A stretch of 52,099 nt of DNA from an uncultured Opitutia bacterium (GTDB lineage: Bacteria > Verrucomicrobiota > Verrucomicrobiia > Opitutales > JABJCN01): positions 1 through 52,099 of the forward strand of contig CAJWSN010000001.1 in the NCBI GenBank assembly GCA_913046175.1, in the 5' to 3' direction. Positions within the stretch are counted from its first letter, which is position 1; each line of letters begins with the position of its first letter. Both the position numbers and the translations under genes were made by a program. Shown piece after piece: positions 1-10,215 of the stretch. The notes beneath the pieces were generated by a model. The model was not told the origin of the DNA, made no database searches, and saw nothing but the letters and a program-made list of their open reading frames with translations.

Positions 1-211
1 GTGCACCATGAACCGCGGACGCGTGGCTGGCACGACCTACGGTCGAGCGCTGAAGAAGAGAGAAGAGAAGGGCTATCAAAAGCCAGCGGCACCAGCGGTT
101 GGCGATATGGATTAGCGGGTGACCCACGTGAATGATACCCATTGAAATGGCAGAGGTCAGGATCGCCAACAGGACGAGAACAGGTAGCAGCACTGGTCCA
201 AGGGGGGTCAT
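1..211 (-). CDS. hypothetical membrane protein, N-terminal part only (runs off the left edge)
   Basis: ATG at 211 on the minus strand opens a stop-free frame to the window edge. It reads MTPLGPVLLPVLVLLAILTSAISMGIIHVGHPLIHIANRWCRWLLIALLFSLL... and contains hydrophobic helices. It is absent from the ORF track because it has no in-window stop. No family recognised. Confidence 0.3.
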   Translation of the reverse strand, partial: MTPLGPVLLPVLVLLAILTSAISMGIIHVGHPLIHIANRWCRWLLIALLFSLLQRSTVGRASHASAVHGA

Positions 212-263
212 TGTTTTGGGGGCTTGTTCAGGTTTCAGTGATCTTTCTTCATCACTGTTCCTG

Positions 264-1394
264 CTAACCAAGACGAAGTGGCATAACAACGCAGGTGAAA
301 TGTCCGCTATTTCTGAAGACCCCTGGGCTCATGTCATTCTTGAATTGAAGGATGACATCATCGTCATCCAGAACCTTGAGTGGGCTTACCAAAAATTCTG
401 GATTAAAGGTTAGCTTTGTTTCTGGCCCATCGTATTCGATTTTCAATTTATCTTCTGACTCCCCAAATTCTGCACTTTGGCCACTAATTTCCAGCTGGTT
501 TTCACTGAATGTCATATTGACGGACATGCTCTTCTCCGTCACGACCAGCGCGGCACGGGATATGCATTCGCGAAGATCGTTCCGGTCTATGGAAACGGTT
601 TGTTCCACATCTTCGGGGATAACAATTTTATAATTTGGAAACTTGCCCTCAACTGCCTTTGAAACCAAGTGGATTGACTGTGATAGACCTGCTTCTTGAG
701 CATCTTCCCCAACCTCTATATCAAATGCCACCTGTCGATCATTGAATAGAATCTTGGCATTTTGACCTTTGCCCAACAAGCGCTCCAGTTCATTGACTGT
801 TTTCATGGGAAGAATAAAGCTGCCAGTGTTTTCTTCTGACACATCCAGTTCCATGCTGTTAAGCGCCAACCTTTTTCCGTCGGTGGCGACAACCGTCAGT
901 TTTCCCTCTTCAAAATTGAAGAAAACCCCATTCAGCATATGCCTTGTTTCATCCGACGATTGTGCATAGGAAACGCTCTTGAGCATTTGATGAAGCTTGG
1001 TTTGTTCGAGCAAAAACTCCCGTTGGTTTTCAAAATCAGGGAGAGGTGGAAACTCGCTTACTCCTATGGCAGTCATCTTGAACTTTGAGGTGCCTGAAGA
1101 AATCATGGCATGTTCAGCATCCAGGGCCTCAACTTCTGTTTCCATGCTTGGCAGGGTCTGAACTATTGATGCAAGCTTTCGAACCGGCAGGGTCAGTGTG
1201 CCCTCGGTTTTCATCTTGGCCTTGATTGAACAACGAATGCCAAGGTCCAGGTTGGTGGTGGTCAGTGAAATCTGATCACCTGTTGCCTCTATCAACACGT
1301 TGCTTAGGATCGGCATTGTTGGACGGGTTGGGACAACATTCAACACCTGTTGCAAGCCATTTGAGAAGTGATCACGGTTGATTTTGAATTTCAT
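264..1394 (-). CDS. dnaN: DNA polymerase III beta subunit (sliding clamp)
   Basis: [10 protein letters not shown]...[13 protein letters not shown]...[14 protein letters not shown], and the length fits a three-domain clamp. I moved the start to ATG 1394 because the track start at 1430 is a TTG that adds 12 aa. Confidence 0.92.
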   Translation of the reverse strand: MKFKINRDHFSNGLQQVLNVVPTRPTMPILSNVLIEATGDQISLTTTNLDLGIRCSIKAKMKTEGTLTLPVRKLASIVQTLPSMETEVEALDAEHAMISSGTSKFKMTAIGVSEFPPLPDFENQREFLLEQTKLHQMLKSVSYAQSSDETRHMLNGVFFNFEEGKLTVVATDGKRLALNSMELDVSEENTGSFILPMKTVNELERLLGKGQNAKILFNDRQVAFDIEVGEDAQEAGLSQSIHLVSKAVEGKFPNYKIVIPEDVEQTVSIDRNDLRECISRAALVVTEKSMSVNMTFSENQLEISGQSAEFGESEDKLKIEYDGPETKLTFNPEFLVSPLKVLDDDDVILQFKNDMSPGVFRNSGHFTCVVMPLRLG

Positions 1395-1642
1395 AAGATC
1401 AAGTACACGATTCTTTGGGGTAATTGACAATCAGGATTTAATATAGAAAATATAAAAAGGGAAATTCAACCTCATCTTATGTCCTGTGAAAAAGGGAAAA
1501 ACCCTCTTCAGCCAAGCTTTGATGCGGTAGGACACAGGACCCAGGATGTTGCATGAACTGTGGACAAATGTACAAACAGGTGGGGAGCCGGAAAAACTTT
1601 CTCCTTGTACACATGTTGTTGGCTGTTGCCCACAATCTGTTC

Positions 1643-2005
1643 TCAGGATCCCCGGCTCAGGGTTTCCAGGTATTTCCAGAACGATTTGTGCTGCTCAAGC
1701 ATTTGCTCATTGTTGATGGGTAATTTACACCTGAAAATGAAATCCGTTAGTGTGTTTTTATGAAGTATATAGTGACACCGAAGTTGGGATTTGTCTTCTG
1801 TTGGCTCGAAATACACCCGGTGCTCCTCCGCCCGCAACCTGTAAAAAACCTGTCCGTCACGCTGAAACCGCCCAAGGTCGCCGCCCGGTTTTTGCAGCAT
1901 CGTCTCAGAAAGATCGGAAATTTTTTCAACAAGTGATAATTGCTCGCTCTTGGGCATGGCGTTTAGGGCACGCATGCATTGTTTGCTGAAGGTCACTTGA
2001 AACAT
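1643..2005 (-). CDS. RelE/ParE-fold toxin-like protein with a C-terminal extension (no partner gene)
   Basis: FSKQCMRALNAMPKSEQLSLVEKISDL...GQVFYRLRAEEHRVYFEP follows the RelE/ParE pattern (FSKxAxkdLkkLpk...YRLRvGdYRviY). About 35 extra C-terminal residues follow. Confidence 0.5.
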   Translation of the reverse strand: MFQVTFSKQCMRALNAMPKSEQLSLVEKISDLSETMLQKPGGDLGRFQRDGQVFYRLRAEEHRVYFEPTEDKSQLRCHYILHKNTLTDFIFRCKLPINNEQMLEQHKSFWKYLETLSRGS

Positions 2006-2030
2006 GTTTTAAAAGATTAAAAACCTGAAA

Positions 2031-2966
2031 CTAAACAAGGGAAACCTCAACAGCAAAAGCAGAAGATTCTCCTGGGTTAACCAACTGAAGACCCTTGCGG
2101 TGTACGGGACTGTTTGGAGGACCCATCCAGGGCTCGATACAGTAAAATGGAGCCTCCTCGCTCTCCGTCCAGGTGACCAGTGCCCTTGAAGAGGCAACGG
2201 GCTCTTCATTCTTGAACCGGATGGCAACATTTTCCTCACCACCCTTGGGCCCAAAAGTGCATTCAGCATCCTGCAGATGTGTATGAATCCGATTGACCAG
2301 AACCGGTTCGTCAAAAGAGAAAACACCCGATTTATCAGCAACCTTTTCCCTTTCGAGACTCCCGTCTTCCATGTGTCGCAATGCTCGTTTGGCCGGAATA
2401 TGAATTTCATAACAATCCCGACCCAGCTCATAATGCCATGGCAAACTGAAATAGAAATGATGCCCGGGACACCATGGTATGGGAAAGCTTTCGTTGTTAC
2501 GAAGGCCAAGTTCAACCTGAAAACCAAGCTCGCTGAAAAAATAGCTCACACGGAACTCGTAGTTGTAGGGGTAGGCCTCGCAGGCTGTAACATCTGGCAG
2601 GAGTACGGCCTTGAAACTGCTTTCATTGGCATCCATTAGTTCAAAAGTGCTTGTCCGGGCGAAACCGTGTTGTGGCATGGGTCGGATTAACCCATCTTGG
2701 TCCTCCCAGCAATCAGTGTCTCCATCAGCATGGCATCTTCCGGCAAAAGGGAACAGGATGGGGTTTCCACCCCGCACTTTACCGATATCCCCATAATCTG
2801 CATCCTCTGGCCAATATATGACATCCCGCACAGAACCATCTGCCATTTCTGTGAACCAACTGATCAATCTGCCTCCGGCAACCGGATCTGCAAGGAAGGT
2901 GGATGGACCCTGAACCCACCTGTGGATTTTCCGACCTTGATATTCAAAGGTTTCCATATAAGACAA
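2031..2966 (-). CDS. aldose 1-epimerase family protein (galactose-mutarotase-like)
   Basis: Motifs GGNPILFPFAGR, PQHGFAR and PGHHFYF are present. Length is 311 aa. Confidence 0.8.
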   Translation of the reverse strand: MSYMETFEYQGRKIHRWVQGPSTFLADPVAGGRLISWFTEMADGSVRDVIYWPEDADYGDIGKVRGGNPILFPFAGRCHADGDTDCWEDQDGLIRPMPQHGFARTSTFELMDANESSFKAVLLPDVTACEAYPYNYEFRVSYFFSELGFQVELGLRNNESFPIPWCPGHHFYFSLPWHYELGRDCYEIHIPAKRALRHMEDGSLEREKVADKSGVFSFDEPVLVNRIHTHLQDAECTFGPKGGEENVAIRFKNEEPVASSRALVTWTESEEAPFYCIEPWMGPPNSPVHRKGLQLVNPGESSAFAVEVSLV

Positions 2967-3043
2967 TTAGATATCATGTCTTTGATTGTGTTCAAAGGAA
3001 TTGATGACCCAGACCCCATCGCAGTTTGTTCTGCACAAAGTTG

Positions 3044-4573
3044 ATGAAAAAAAGACAAATAACCCGCAGTACCGATGGTATTTCAATCAGGCTTCTGGTT
3101 GCATGGCTGTTGCTGTCATGTCTGCTCAACGCATCAACCGAGCTTCCGCGTCCCCCGCTCGACCCATCCAAGACAAAAGTTTCCCACCCCAATCGGTCTG
3201 ATCCAGTTCAGGTATATGTTTTGCCCATCCATGGCCTCATCACTTCTGCCCAGCTATACATCGTGCGACGGGGCCTGAAGGCGGCATTGGAGAAGGGGGT
3301 GGATGCCGTGGTCGTGGACATTGACACCCCTGGCGGGGATCTGCAGACCACGCTGGAGTTGATGGAGGTTCTTAACCGCTTCGATGGGGAAACGATGAGT
3401 TTTGTTAGGAAAGAAGCTATTTCCGCCGGGGTTTACATCTCGGTTTCCACCGAGGATATTTATTTTGCTCCCAAGAGCGTGATTGGATCTGCGGCCATTG
3501 TTCAGGGAACCGGTCAGGATGTTCCAGACACCATGAAAATGAAACTTGAGAGCTACCTTATGGCCCGCGTGCGTGCCTATGCCGAGGAGTACCCGCACCG
3601 GGTGCAGGTCGTCCAGGCGATGATGAAGAAGGAGTTTGTGTTGGAGCTTGATGAAAAGATTCTCAAGTCCGAAGGCGAACTCCTCTCCCTAACGGCTAAA
3701 CAGGCCATGGTTGAATATGGCAATCCACCAAGTCCCCTTTTAGGGTCCGGTATCTACGATGACGTGAAATCCATGCTGGATGATCGTTACGGTCCGGGTA
3801 AATACATAATCAAGGAATTTGAAGTGACCTGGTCAGAGGACTTTGCCAAGTTCATGAACAACATTGCCCCCCTCCTTTTGGGTATCGGGTTATTGGGGTT
3901 GTTTATTGAGTTCAAGACACCGGGGTTTGGGGTTTTTGGCGTAACCGGCATTGCCTTACTGCTTATCGTTTTTGCCAGCAATTATATCGCCGGTTTGGCT
4001 GGTCATGAGGAAATACTCTTTTTCCTGTTGGGGGTGGGCCTTATCATGTTGGAAGTGTTTCTCTTTCCTGGAATTATGGTTTTGGCGATCACGGGTGCTT
4101 TTCTTGTACTGGGTTCACTTATTTGGGCAATGGCCGACTACTGGCCGGGCCACATGGGCGATATGCCGCCTGGAGACGGAACACTTCCCTTCCTTGACTT
4201 TGGATTTTCATATTTTCTAAAGCCGGCTGCAGATGTAATGCTGGGTTTCCTCATTGCTGTTGTCGGGGCTGTTTTCATGGTGAAGTTTCTCCCCCGAACC
4301 TTCCTCTGGGATCGGATTGTATTGCAGGAAGCGGTTGGAAACATGGATCCCATGGTCTCCGGCGGCGGCTCGGCAATCAACCAGGATCCGACCCTGCCTG
4401 GTTCCGGGTCCGCTGGTGTGGCCATGACCGACTTGTTTCCAAGTGGTGAAGTTGAAATTGATGGCAGGCGCTATCAGGCGCGAGTCAATGTGGGGACAAT
4501 TCCCCGTGGCTTTGGAATTCGCGTGACCGGACAGGAGGACTTTTGCTTGTTGGTGGAGGAGTCGAATACATGA
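3044..4573 (+). CDS. NfeD-family membrane-bound ClpP-class serine protease
   Basis: It has a signal-like N-terminus and a protease core (VLPIHGLITSA, VVVDIDTPGGDL, EAISAGVYI). A multi-TM block follows, then a C-terminal NfeD OB-like domain (FPSGEVEIDGRRYQARV). Start placed at ATG 3044; the track start at 3026 is a TTG. Confidence 0.85.
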   Translation: MKKRQITRSTDGISIRLLVAWLLLSCLLNASTELPRPPLDPSKTKVSHPNRSDPVQVYVLPIHGLITSAQLYIVRRGLKAALEKGVDAVVVDIDTPGGDLQTTLELMEVLNRFDGETMSFVRKEAISAGVYISVSTEDIYFAPKSVIGSAAIVQGTGQDVPDTMKMKLESYLMARVRAYAEEYPHRVQVVQAMMKKEFVLELDEKILKSEGELLSLTAKQAMVEYGNPPSPLLGSGIYDDVKSMLDDRYGPGKYIIKEFEVTWSEDFAKFMNNIAPLLLGIGLLGLFIEFKTPGFGVFGVTGIALLLIVFASNYIAGLAGHEEILFFLLGVGLIMLEVFLFPGIMVLAITGAFLVLGSLIWAMADYWPGHMGDMPPGDGTLPFLDFGFSYFLKPAADVMLGFLIAVVGAVFMVKFLPRTFLWDRIVLQEAVGNMDPMVSGGGSAINQDPTLPGSGSAGVAMTDLFPSGEVEIDGRRYQARVNVGTIPRGFGIRVTGQEDFCLLVEESNT

Positions 4574-5031
4574 TTTGGGTTATTGGACTTATTCTGCTTG
4601 CCGCAGTGTTGATCAGCTTTGAAATCATCATTCCCGGTGCTGTTTTGGGCTTTCTTGGTCTGCTGGTGTTTTTTTCAGCTTGTGTTGTGGCTGCGGTGCA
4701 GTTCGGACCGGTTCATGGTGTTTTTACCTTTTTGATTGGTGGCATTTTCCTGGGTGTTTTACTTTTTCTGGAATTCAAGTGGCTTCCGCGTACCTCGATG
4801 GGAAAGCAACTCTTTCTCTCCAAGTCTGTTCGGGGCAAGGCCAATGAAGGCCTTTCCGGGGATTTAATTGGCAAAACCGGTGAAGCCCTTACGCCCCTGC
4901 GCCCATCAGGCATGGTGCTGCTTGATGGCATCCAGTACGAAGCAACCTCCAAGGATGGCTTTATTCAAACGGGAGAACGCCTTAAGGTTGTGGGGAAAGA
5001 TAATTTTCGTGTTGTCGTAATAAGAATTTAA
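4570..5031 (+). CDS. short NfeD-family protein (TM helices plus OB domain)
   Basis: [27 protein letters not shown]...[13 protein letters not shown]. The start overlaps the upstream stop as ATGA (4570-4573). Confidence 0.8.
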   Translation: MIWVIGLILLAAVLISFEIIIPGAVLGFLGLLVFFSACVVAAVQFGPVHGVFTFLIGGIFLGVLLFLEFKWLPRTSMGKQLFLSKSVRGKANEGLSGDLIGKTGEALTPLRPSGMVLLDGIQYEATSKDGFIQTGERLKVVGKDNFRVVVIRI

Positions 5032-5080
5032 AAATCTAATCAACCAGCCTCTAGACAATCCCCATTCATCAAATCCTCTC

Positions 5081-6091
5081 ATGACACCAATCTACCTGAT
5101 ACTCTTTGGCATTGGGGGCGTTGTGCTCCTGGTCGTCTTCCTGATCATACTTTCGTTTTTTAGCACGTGGCTAAAGGCCTTGCTGGCCAAGGCACATGTA
5201 TCCTTCCCAAATCTTGTGGCAATGCGCTTGCGGGGGGTACCAGCCTCCGCCATTGTTGATGCACGCATTACTGCGGTAAAGGCAGGAATAGAACTTTCGA
5301 CTGACGAACTGGAATCCCATTACCTTGCAGAAGGGAACCTGCACCCCACAGTCCGCGCCATCATTGCTGCCCAAAAGGCCAATATCACCCTCGGGTGGGC
5401 TCAGGCCTGTGCAATTGACCTTGCCACGAAGGGTACCAGCAAGTCTGTGATCGAGGCAGTTCAGACCTCTATCAACCCCAAGGTGATTGATTGTGTCATA
5501 GAAGGACGCGACACCATCGACGGTGTGGCCAAGGACGGTATCCAGGTCAAGGTGCGCGCCAAGGTTACTGTTCGAAGCAACCTTGAGCGATATGTGGGGA
5601 GTGCCCAGGAGGAGACGGTTATTGCCCGGGTCGGGGAAAGCATAGTCTCAACCATAGGCTCCTCCGAGAACTACAAGGTGGTTCTGGAGAACCCGAACTC
5701 GATCACGGATTCAGTTCTGCGCCGTGGTTTGGATGTCGGTACCGCCTTTGAAATCCTTTCCATTGACATCGCCGACGTGGATCTTGGCGAAAACCGGGGG
5801 GCGCAACTGCGGGCCGAACAGGCGGAGTCGGACAAAATTGTGGCTCAGGCCCAGGCGGAAATTCGCCGGGCTGCTGCCGTTGCCGTCGAGCAGGAAATGA
5901 AGGCAAAGGTGGAGGAAATGCAGGCGAAGCTGGTTGAGGCCCAGGCTCTGGTGCCCACAGCCATGGCTGACGCTCTTCGAGCCGGAAACCTGGGGGTCAT
6001 GGATTATATGCGCCTCAAGAATATTCAGGCAGACACGGAAATGCGCGATTCCATTTCCAAGGATCCCGAAGACCTCAATCCCCCGACCTAG
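5081..6091 (+). CDS. floA: flotillin-like protein FloA (UPF0365/YqfA family)
   Basis: N-terminal TM helix followed by [45 protein letters not shown]. It has an Ala/Glu-rich coiled C-terminus. Confidence 0.9.
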   Translation: MTPIYLILFGIGGVVLLVVFLIILSFFSTWLKALLAKAHVSFPNLVAMRLRGVPASAIVDARITAVKAGIELSTDELESHYLAEGNLHPTVRAIIAAQKANITLGWAQACAIDLATKGTSKSVIEAVQTSINPKVIDCVIEGRDTIDGVAKDGIQVKVRAKVTVRSNLERYVGSAQEETVIARVGESIVSTIGSSENYKVVLENPNSITDSVLRRGLDVGTAFEILSIDIADVDLGENRGAQLRAEQAESDKIVAQAQAEIRRAAAVAVEQEMKAKVEEMQAKLVEAQALVPTAMADALRAGNLGVMDYMRLKNIQADTEMRDSISKDPEDLNPPT

Positions 6092-6109
6092 AAAATTTTT
6101 TCCAGAACC

Positions 6110-6550
6110 ATGGATTTTTTTGATATCCTTGTCCCTTTTATTATCCTGCTGGTTTTTGGTTTTCAGGCTCTCGGAAAGCTCTTCGGGAAACTCAGGGGGC
6201 GGCCTGCTTCAGAAAGCCAGGTTGAACCACCCGTTTACGAACCGAGGGAGACGAAGCCATCTGCATCATCCCCCCGTGATATTTTTTCTGAAGTCCGACG
6301 GGTTATCCAGGAGCGCATAGGTCTTGTGGAACAGGAACCCGAAGATGTTCCAGCAGAAAAAGAAAAGAATCCCCAGCCCAAAGCGCAACCCAAGGCTCGA
6401 CCAATACCTCCACCGGTTCCGAATCCTGCTTCTCCCAACCCGTTTAAACTCAAGCTCAGGGGCTCGGCAAACCTAAGGCGTGCAGTCCTTTACCGGGAAA
6501 TTCTGGGTCCCCCTACCGGCTTGCGCAGACACCAGGATATGGAATTTTAA
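6110..6550 (+). CDS. hypothetical Pro-rich membrane protein
   Basis: It has one N-terminal TM helix (ILVPFIILLVFGF) and a Pro/Lys-rich linker. It sits 18 nt after floA on the same strand. No family recognised. Confidence 0.5.
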   Translation: MDFFDILVPFIILLVFGFQALGKLFGKLRGRPASESQVEPPVYEPRETKPSASSPRDIFSEVRRVIQERIGLVEQEPEDVPAEKEKNPQPKAQPKARPIPPPVPNPASPNPFKLKLRGSANLRRAVLYREILGPPTGLRRHQDMEF

Positions 6551-6580
6551 ACTATACCCGGTTGATCTCTGCGTGATGCC

Positions 6581-7444
6581 TTAAGGTATAAGATTTCTAC
6601 CCGCCCCCGGGTTCGGCATCTTGTATAGTTTTCCCTTGAGTCGAACATAGATTTTTTCTCCATCATCAAAAATGATGGTCATGGCGCCGCTCTTGGTGAT
6701 GGTTACGACCTCTCCTTCCTTTATCGTTTGATCAAAGACCTTCTGCTGTGTGCTCCTGCTCAACAGGATCACATGTACATCGCCTCCCCTGGCTTCAAGA
6801 CTCATTTCCTCCTGCGGCGCCGGTGCGGGTGTAGTGGGCGCCGGACTACCTTGTGGGCCGGCTTCTCCGGGATTCACGGTCGGGCTTGCAACCTTGGGCT
6901 CCGGATTCATGGCGACTTGATCCGGGTCATTCTTGTCGGGGCCAAACATCCAGACAAGAAACCCCACGACAATTATTACTGCAGCAATACTGACTCCTAC
7001 TGCAGCCAAAAGTAACTTGTCGCCCTGTTCTCCTGAGCTCTGCTCTTTCCGGGTTCGCCGTGGCTCCTTCAGTTTTCTAAATCCACGGTTTTCTGCCTTT
7101 TCCGCGAGGGTATGCACATCATCCTCAATCACTGGCTCGGCAGAACTGGTGGAGGTTAGATCGATTTTCCCAAAGTTTTCCCGCTTTTCCTTCCTGCGCC
7201 CCAAGGAACTTGTTCCCATCTCTCGGCCAAATTCTGCCGTTGCATCTCCGGGATCCAGCCCCAGCAGTTCTGCATAATTCTTTAGGAACCCCCTTTTATA
7301 TATTTCTGGCAGGTCAAAATCAAATTTGTTCTGCTCAAACGACTCCAGGAAACTGACCCTGATTTTCGTTTGTTCGGCGGCTTCCTGGATAGATAAACCT
7401 TTGTTGGTGCGTGCTTCCTCAAGCTTTTCCCCTAGTGTCTGCAT
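6581..7444 (-). CDS. RodZ-like helix-turn-helix membrane protein
   Basis: MQTLGEKLEEARTNKGLSIQEAAEQTKIRVSFLESFE is an XRE-type HTH like RodZ. It has a single TM helix (LLLAAVGVSIAAVIIVVGFLVWMF) and a Pro-rich periplasmic tail. Start placed at ATG 7444, which avoids overlap with ftsK. Confidence 0.7.
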   Translation of the reverse strand: MQTLGEKLEEARTNKGLSIQEAAEQTKIRVSFLESFEQNKFDFDLPEIYKRGFLKNYAELLGLDPGDATAEFGREMGTSSLGRRKEKRENFGKIDLTSTSSAEPVIEDDVHTLAEKAENRGFRKLKEPRRTRKEQSSGEQGDKLLLAAVGVSIAAVIIVVGFLVWMFGPDKNDPDQVAMNPEPKVASPTVNPGEAGPQGSPAPTTPAPAPQEEMSLEARGGDVHVILLSRSTQQKVFDQTIKEGEVVTITKSGAMTIIFDDGEKIYVRLKGKLYKMPNPGAGRNLIP

Positions 7445-7490
7445 CTGTAGTGTTCGGTTGTAATGTTTGTCTTTGAATTGACGTTTTTTT

Positions 7491-10115
7491 CTAAAGCATT
7501 TCCAAATCAACCAGGATTTCACGACCTTGTGCAGCATTTCCATTGTCAGGTCCTATAATGCCGCGTTCCTCCAGGTCATCCATGATTCTGGCGGCCCTGT
7601 TATAGCCGATCTTCAACTTACGCTGTATCATGGAGGTTGAGGCCTTTCGGGTGATGCGAAGGACTTCCAGTGCATCCCGGATGAGGGCTGCCTCTTCGTC
7701 ATCGTAATCCTCATTTCCGCCGCCTGCACTGCCTTCGCTTTCTATGCTGCGGTCCACCTGCTGCTGGATGGCCTCTATGATGTCGGGTGGGCCGTTCTTT
7801 TTCAGGAATTCAACAATGGAGCCAATTTCCTCATCAGAAACAAAAGCACCCTGGGCCCGCACTACATTTGCCGCACCCGGTGGGATGAAGAGCATGTCCC
7901 CCTTGCCGATAAGGGCCTCGGCTCCTTTTGTATCGAGAATGGTTTTGCTATCCTGCCAGGATATGACCTTGAAGGCAATGCGACTGGGAAGGTTTGCCTT
8001 TATAATCCCGGTGATGACATTGACCGAGGGGCGCTGCGTGGCGAGAATGAGGTGGATGCCGGCTGCGCGTGCCAGTTGAGCAATGCGGGCGATGGCAGTT
8101 TCCACATCGTTCTTGGCGATCATCATGAGGTCAGCCAACTCGTCAATTATGCACACGATGTAGGGCATTTTGGTGTCGGGAATCTCGATTTCCTCATCTC
8201 GCGGGACTTCTATGCTCTCTATGGCGCCCCGCTCCTGAAGTGTCATCTCGGCATCCATTTCATCCGCTTTTTCATTTTCTTCCCGGTCCTTGAGAATCTT
8301 TGCGTTAAAGCCTGCCATGTTTCGCACGCCCACCTTGGCGAAAATCTCGTAACGACGTTGCATTTCGGCAATAAGCCATTTTAAGGCACCCGGCACCTTT
8401 TTGGGCTCAGTAACCACGGGGATCAGCATGTGGGGCAGGGAATTGTATATCTGCATTTCCACGACCTTGGGGTCGACCATGATAAAGCGGAGGTCGTTGG
8501 GTGACGAGTGGTAGCAAAGTGACGCGATAATGGCGTTGATGCAGACTGACTTTCCTGACCCCGTAGATCCGGCGATGAGCAGGTGGGGCATTTTCGTAAG
8601 GTCGGCCACAACGGGCTTGCCGCTGGCTTCCTTGCCAAGGACCACGGGAATTTCGGCCTTCGATTCTGCCCATGCGCGGGATTCCACGATCTCGCGCATG
8701 CATACCGGGGAGGGTTTCTTGTTGGGGACTTCAATTCCAACACAATCTTTCCCCGGCACGGGGGCCAGAATGCGAACAGATTCTGACTTGAGTGCCATGG
8801 CAATGTTCTTGTCCAGTCCCGCGATCTTCTCGACCTTGACTCCTGGTGCCGGGTAAACTTCATAACGAGTGATGACTGGGCCGACATGGATTTCGCCGAG
8901 TTCAACCTCAACCTTGAACTCCTTGAGGGTTTGCTTCAGTGCAGCCGCACGCTCCTCATGGTCATCAGTGTCCTTTGTGTCCTCCTCGGGTGGTTGGGAA
9001 AGAAGGTCGAGGTGGGGGAAAAAATAATCTCCCTCCCTTTCTGGGATGGTGATCTCAGCCTTTTCCATTTTCTCGCCCTTGACTATCTTTAAATCCTTGA
9101 GGTCCGGGGGGGGGAGCTTCTTGGGTTCAGGCTCCTCGGTGTTTTCCTCTGGCGCAACTGTCTTAACCGGCTCCTCTGGTGACTTTTCCTCTTTGGTGGT
9201 GGCAGGAGCCTCCTTGGTCTTCTTCGCCTCTTTTTTCGGGGTTTCAGCCTTTTTCTTGCGGGCTTTTTTCGGTTTTACCACAGGCGCTTTCTTCGCCCTG
9301 CCTGATGCATTTTTCCCGGGAAGTGGTGAGTCTCCAAAAAGTATAATCTCCTCATCCTCGTCTGGGAGTAATTTCTGCTGAACGGGTGCGTTGGGTTCCT
9401 TTTGGGATGAAGGCGAGGCGGGTGATGGGGCTACGGTCGCTGTTTTTTCCGGAGATGCCTTTGTGGCCTTGGTTTTTACCTTGGCCCTGATGCGGGCTTT
9501 TCGATTTTTGGCCACCCGGTTGAAGGTTTCCTTGATGGTATTAACCAAATTGACAGGGTTTTCCGTGAGAACCAGCAGTGAAGCGGAGCAAAAGCCAACA
9601 AGCAGGATGACGGTTCCGCCGAAGTTGCCCATCCAGGGGTTCATCACCCCGGTAAATATGGCATTGCCAATGTTGCCCCCAAGACTTCCACTTGGAAAGT
9701 ATCCATTGGCCCGGATATCTATGGTCTGTCCGAAGCCTCCGGCAAGAGAGCACAATAAAAAGGGCAGGGCAGCCAAAAGTGACAATTTTGTCCAACCCCA
9801 TTTCTTTTTCAGTCCAAAAATACATACATAAGAAAAACCAAGAATGTATACTGGAATAAACCAAGATCCTATACCAACTATGCCTAAAACCCAGTTTGCA
9901 AAATTCGCACCGACTATGCCGACCCAATTATGCGAAAGCGGATTGGTGTTATTGATACTATCCTGATTAACATCATAGGACACCAGCGCCGCAAAACCTA
10001 ATATCCCCAATGCAAGCAGGAAGAGACCCATTATCGGGCGGGTTTTTCCTGGGCTGGGTTTCTTTGTTACGGGCTTGCGTTCCTGCTTTTTCTTGCGCGT
10101 TCTTTTGGTTGCCAC
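7491..10115 (-). CDS. ftsK: DNA translocase FtsK/SpoIIIE
   Basis: It has N-terminal TM helices and a Lys/Pro-rich linker. Walker A is GSTGSGKS. The C-terminal gamma winged helix reads ASTSMIQRKLKIGYNRAARIMDDLEERGIIGP. GTG start. Confidence 0.95.
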   Translation of the reverse strand: MATKRTRKKKQERKPVTKKPSPGKTRPIMGLFLLALGILGFAALVSYDVNQDSINNTNPLSHNWVGIVGANFANWVLGIVGIGSWFIPVYILGFSYVCIFGLKKKWGWTKLSLLAALPFLLCSLAGGFGQTIDIRANGYFPSGSLGGNIGNAIFTGVMNPWMGNFGGTVILLVGFCSASLLVLTENPVNLVNTIKETFNRVAKNRKARIRAKVKTKATKASPEKTATVAPSPASPSSQKEPNAPVQQKLLPDEDEEIILFGDSPLPGKNASGRAKKAPVVKPKKARKKKAETPKKEAKKTKEAPATTKEEKSPEEPVKTVAPEENTEEPEPKKLPPPDLKDLKIVKGEKMEKAEITIPEREGDYFFPHLDLLSQPPEEDTKDTDDHEERAAALKQTLKEFKVEVELGEIHVGPVITRYEVYPAPGVKVEKIAGLDKNIAMALKSESVRILAPVPGKDCVGIEVPNKKPSPVCMREIVESRAWAESKAEIPVVLGKEASGKPVVADLTKMPHLLIAGSTGSGKSVCINAIIASLCYHSSPNDLRFIMVDPKVVEMQIYNSLPHMLIPVVTEPKKVPGALKWLIAEMQRRYEIFAKVGVRNMAGFNAKILKDREENEKADEMDAEMTLQERGAIESIEVPRDEEIEIPDTKMPYIVCIIDELADLMMIAKNDVETAIARIAQLARAAGIHLILATQRPSVNVITGIIKANLPSRIAFKVISWQDSKTILDTKGAEALIGKGDMLFIPPGAANVVRAQGAFVSDEEIGSIVEFLKKNGPPDIIEAIQQQVDRSIESEGSAGGGNEDYDDEEAALIRDALEVLRITRKASTSMIQRKLKIGYNRAARIMDDLEERGIIGPDNGNAAQGREILVDLEML

Positions 10116-10215
10116 TTTCCTCGTTTATAATCCTCGTTATTTGCCTCAACTTACTAACTCCTTATGAGTGACATTTTTTAAAAAAGATTCAATAAAAATC
10201 GAAAAAAGCAATGAA

